Notes under the pieces: generated by a model
What the model was told of the DNA's origin: nothing
Seen by the model: only the letters and a program-made list of their open reading frames with translations
Databases searched by the model: none
From: Amoebidium appalachense
Lineage: Eukaryota; Protista; Ichthyosporea
Assembly (NCBI GenBank): GCA_963693365.1
Contig: CAVNZM010000003.1
Span: 8,241,312-8,305,311 of the forward strand
Direction: 5' to 3'
Length of the DNA stretch: 64,000 bases
Shown: positions 60,760 to 64,000 of the stretch, piece by piece
Layout of the letters: each line of letters begins with the position of its first letter
Position numbering within the stretch: the stretch's first letter is position 1
Program-made: the position numbers and the translations under genes

Positions 60760-61077
60760 GCACAGGCACACACCCCCCCCCCCCCCCAAAAAAAAACCCC
60801 TATGAATTGAAAAGTTGCGTCGGAACACTGAGAAAGGTGCAATGATTATTTGTTTTCAGTCTCCACCGATCACAATAGAACCCCATTAACTAGCCCCCCT
60901 CCCCCCTCCCCCCTCTTTCTCCTCCCCCCCCCCCCCCCTCTTCCCCCCCCCCCCCCTTCCCCCAATCCTCACCGTTCCCCTCCCCTCCCCCCTCCCCTCT
61001 CCCCCCCCCCCCCCTCCCCCCGCCCGCCCCCCCCCCCCCCCCCCCCCCCCACCCACCCACCCATCCACCCACCGTAC

Positions 61078-61238
61078 GCACATTTCCGTTTATCTACCTT
61101 CCTCACAGGCTCACAAAGTGTACGGCTTCCCCCCTTATCCGGCCTTTGCCTTCTCCTCCCCCCCCCCCCCCCCCCCCTCCCCCCCTCCCTCGTCCCCCCC
61201 CCCTCCCCCCCCCCCCCCGCCCCGCGCACCCTCCAAGG

Positions 61239-61313
<75 letters not shown>

Positions 61314-61434
61314 ACACACTTAGAACAACCCAAGCATTTAATTAAAAGGCGCTTTGGTTTATTTATGGATGAAAGCTATCGATATATGTACACTGTGCCA
61401 GCCTGTGAGGAAGGTAGGTAAACGCAAAAGGTGT
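61078..61434. repeat. Inverted repeat pair (~46-bp arms) flanking a C-rich/(CA)n spacer
   Basis: cgtttatctaccttcctcacaggctcacaaagtgtac (within 61078-61123) matches the reverse complement of gtacactgtgccagcctgtgaggaaggtaggtaaacg (within 61388-61434). Confidence 0.7.
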
Positions 61435-61769
61435 CTCTATGTAGTTCCTGTCAGTAACACTGCAGGACCGGGATGGGGGAGGGGGTACGATGGGTCAAGG
61501 GGTGGGGGCGGGGGGTGGGGGGGTGGGGGGTGGCGGGGAGCCTTGAGATAAGAGGCGAGGGAAGGGGAGGGGCGGGGGGGGAAGGGGGGAGAGGGGGCGA
61601 AGGGGAGGGGGGAGGGGAGGGGAAGGGTGAGGGGTGTGTGTGTGTAGGGGGAGGGCAGGTGATAACCGTGGTTTTTCAGGCCTTTTTCTGTAAACCTCTC
61701 CCACGGAAGTGTTAACCACCTCTTTCCGTGTGTCCCTCCTGCCACTCAGAGTGTTTTGTCGCCTTTTAA

Positions 61770-62044
61770 AGGGATTTCTTTTGGCTTTCCGGGTCGGGTC
61801 GGGTCGGAGGGGTTTCTATCTATGTGATTGGCCTGCTGCGCATCATAGCCGGTCCATTTAACCAACTGACATGTTTTGCCGGAAGCAAGGCACAGATGTG
61901 CAATGATACAACCAAAAAAACAAAAGTGAAGAAGAATAGTTAAGCGTTTGAAAGAATATTGCAGTTCACAAAATTTTTGATTTATATGGCTTGACCCGGA
62001 TGTGCTGGAATGTGGCCAATTAATCGGCCTAAAAGAAACACCCT
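61770..62044. mobile_element. Kolobok/T2-type MITE, 275 bp, TTAA target duplication
   Basis: TTAA-AGGGATTTCTTTTGGC ... GCCTAAAAGAAACACCCT-TTAA; absent from the paralogous intron segment at ~58275-58290 (empty site). Confidence 0.8.
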
Positions 62045-62075
62045 TTAATGCTGACCTCACCCCTCGTTTCCACAG

Positions 62076-62212
62076 AGCACGTGCACACGATCAAGGTGGA
62101 GGGGGCATGGGGGGACCAGTACGAACTGGATGACTACAGTGAAGAGAAACGGACAATTAGGTACTTTACACTGAGACACAGGCAGCGACGTCAGGGTTGC
62201 CTGATATGGAAG
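62076..62212 (+). CDS. Duplicated terminal exon of the NNT1/EFM7-like gene (alternative last exon or exon duplicate); stop replaced by CGA
   Basis: Same acceptor (ttccacag) and same peptide EHVHTIKVEGAWGDQYELDDYSEEKRTIRYFTLRHRQ as 58312-58424, continuing RRQGCLIWK to a possible AAG|GT donor. Confidence 0.65.
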
Positions 62213-63356
62213 GTGTGGTGGGGGGGGGTGGGGGTGGGGGGGGGGGGGGGGGAGGGGGAGGGAGTGGGGGGGGGTGGATTGCATGACCTAAAATTGTGTA
62301 TGGTAGTGTGCACGTGTGTGTAAATGCTTGGGTAGGGGGGGTTCTATTTTATTTTAGTAGTGTTTACATCGTGGAATCCTATGTGATATTCAAATATTTA
62401 GTAGGAAGTTGGTAATCATAATAATCTGATATTCATGAGTTTGGCACAACTTGGTGGTGTAGTGGTAGCGAATACATAAATACAGAAATGCAGTTGGTTC
62501 CTGAACTGAAGTTTTGTAACAACCACAGGGGAACGTGTTATAATGCATAGGCAGAATGTGGTAGATAGTTATACTGGAACTGTATCTAGGTTCATGCACA
62601 AGAACACCTAACGGCGTCGGTAGGTTTTTCTTTTTTTGTTTTTTGTTTTTTTTAAAAAAAAAAGGTTGCTATGACGCCACAAACAGTTCTTGATTAAATT
62701 TGTAGAAGTATGTAATTGCTCGATAATGCCGAGATAATAAAAAGAGAAATGTATGAAAACAGTGTTGTCGTTTTGCGTACACTCAGTCGACGAATACATG
62801 TGCCCAACATGCACAGCATGCGCCTGATGCTATCGTTCGGATGTGCTGGCTCAAAGCACGGCTCTCTGCTGTCATGTGTATACGAGTGTCTGTTTGTGCT
62901 TGCATGCCTGTTTACTTACATACATGTACGTGCATGTGTGCGTGCATGCATGCGTGTTTCGTGTTTTCTTTTTCTTAGTCTTTTTTTTTCTTTTCTTTTC
63001 TTTTCTTTATTTTTCTTTCGTTCTTTCTTTCTTTCTTTTTTTTTTGTGTGTGTGTGTGGGGGGGGGGGGGGGGGGGGGGGGAGGGGGGGGGGAGGGGGGG
63101 GGGGGGGGGGGGGGGGGGAAGAAGGGGGGGGGGGGGGGGGGGGGTTGTACTAATCTGCACATGTGTTGCTCGTGCTGGGATGGGTGTGTTCGGTGGTTGC
63201 ACGCATGCCACCCGGCTGCCCGGCCTGCACGGTGTGTGCACGTGCACATGCCCGTAATACCGTCCCTCCTTCGTCCAGCCTATTGGAGATAACCGTATCG
63301 TCTGGACGGTGGAATTCCGTGTGTGCTTGCATGCACGTGTGCGTGCGTGCGCGCGC

Positions 63357-63447
<91 letters not shown>

Positions 63448-64000
63448 GTTGAACGCTACAAGTAACATTATTTATGTCGATTTTTTATAATCGACCCCAA
63501 AAGTTTCGTCGATTATTTCAGGAAGTTCAACGAGGGGAGCACATCGGAGCCTCACTTGCACATTTTCAAAAGGATAATAACGTTCATAAAACAAACAAAT
63601 GCATCCCAAATGCCATTCCCAAGTTTTATGCCCCGGTCAACATGTACATGTAGTATCTTGTGTGTAACAATTCCAAAATATGCATGCACTAAAAAAGTAC
63701 TGAGCCACGACCCAAACAGTGCTGCATATGAAAAGCTTTTATAAAGTACTTCAAAATTAAAGTTGTAGTAATTTAGTTAGTGAGTCAAGAAGGGGCGCAC
63801 ATGTGTTTGTGTATATTATATATACTACGTAGCTCAGGCAACCATGTGTGCGTATACGTATGGGCATGCCCTATGTTGCAAGCTTAACCCTGATTCAGAA
63901 TTCTGGAAAGCTTGCAAACTTGCTTGAGGAGGGAAAAAGATATCTATTGCATCGGGAGACTTCGTGTCTCTGGGCCTGGTCGTCACACGTAGTACATGTA

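Noticed and set aside
59514-63900. TTAACCCT motifs at ~59514 and ~63884 as piggyBac ends or telomeric seeds
   Set aside because: No matching opposite terminus and no tandem telomeric array in the window

Overview
Eukaryotic, very intron-rich genomic DNA whose introns are packed with (CA)n/(TG)n, poly-C/poly-G and (CT)n tracts, so almost all ORFs in the six-frame track are microsatellite artefacts. Manual GT-AG and reading-phase stitching gives four genes. (1) A VWA-domain protein with a Vwaint-like C-terminus on the minus strand, running off the left edge. (2) A ~43-kb, ~56-exon myosin-X-like MyTH4-FERM myosin (motor, IQs, long ER/K single alpha-helix, split PH1/PH2/PH3, MyTH4, FERM; ~2050 aa; first exon not found). 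(3) A SERBP1/HABP4/Stm1-family RGG RNA-binding protein on the minus strand, with a frame-preserving candidate cassette exon preceded by twin hairpins. (4) A divergently transcribed NNT1/EFM7-like (METTL21/Methyltransf_16) protein methyltransferase whose last exon is duplicated, with only synonymous changes plus a TGA/CGA swap. Introns also hold a piggyBac-type MITE, a Kolobok-type MITE, a long palindrome, two minisatellites, and a dispersed repeat bearing hammerhead-ribozyme core motifs. The myosin-X architecture suggests a holozoan (inference). All coordinates are hand-derived; no searches were run.
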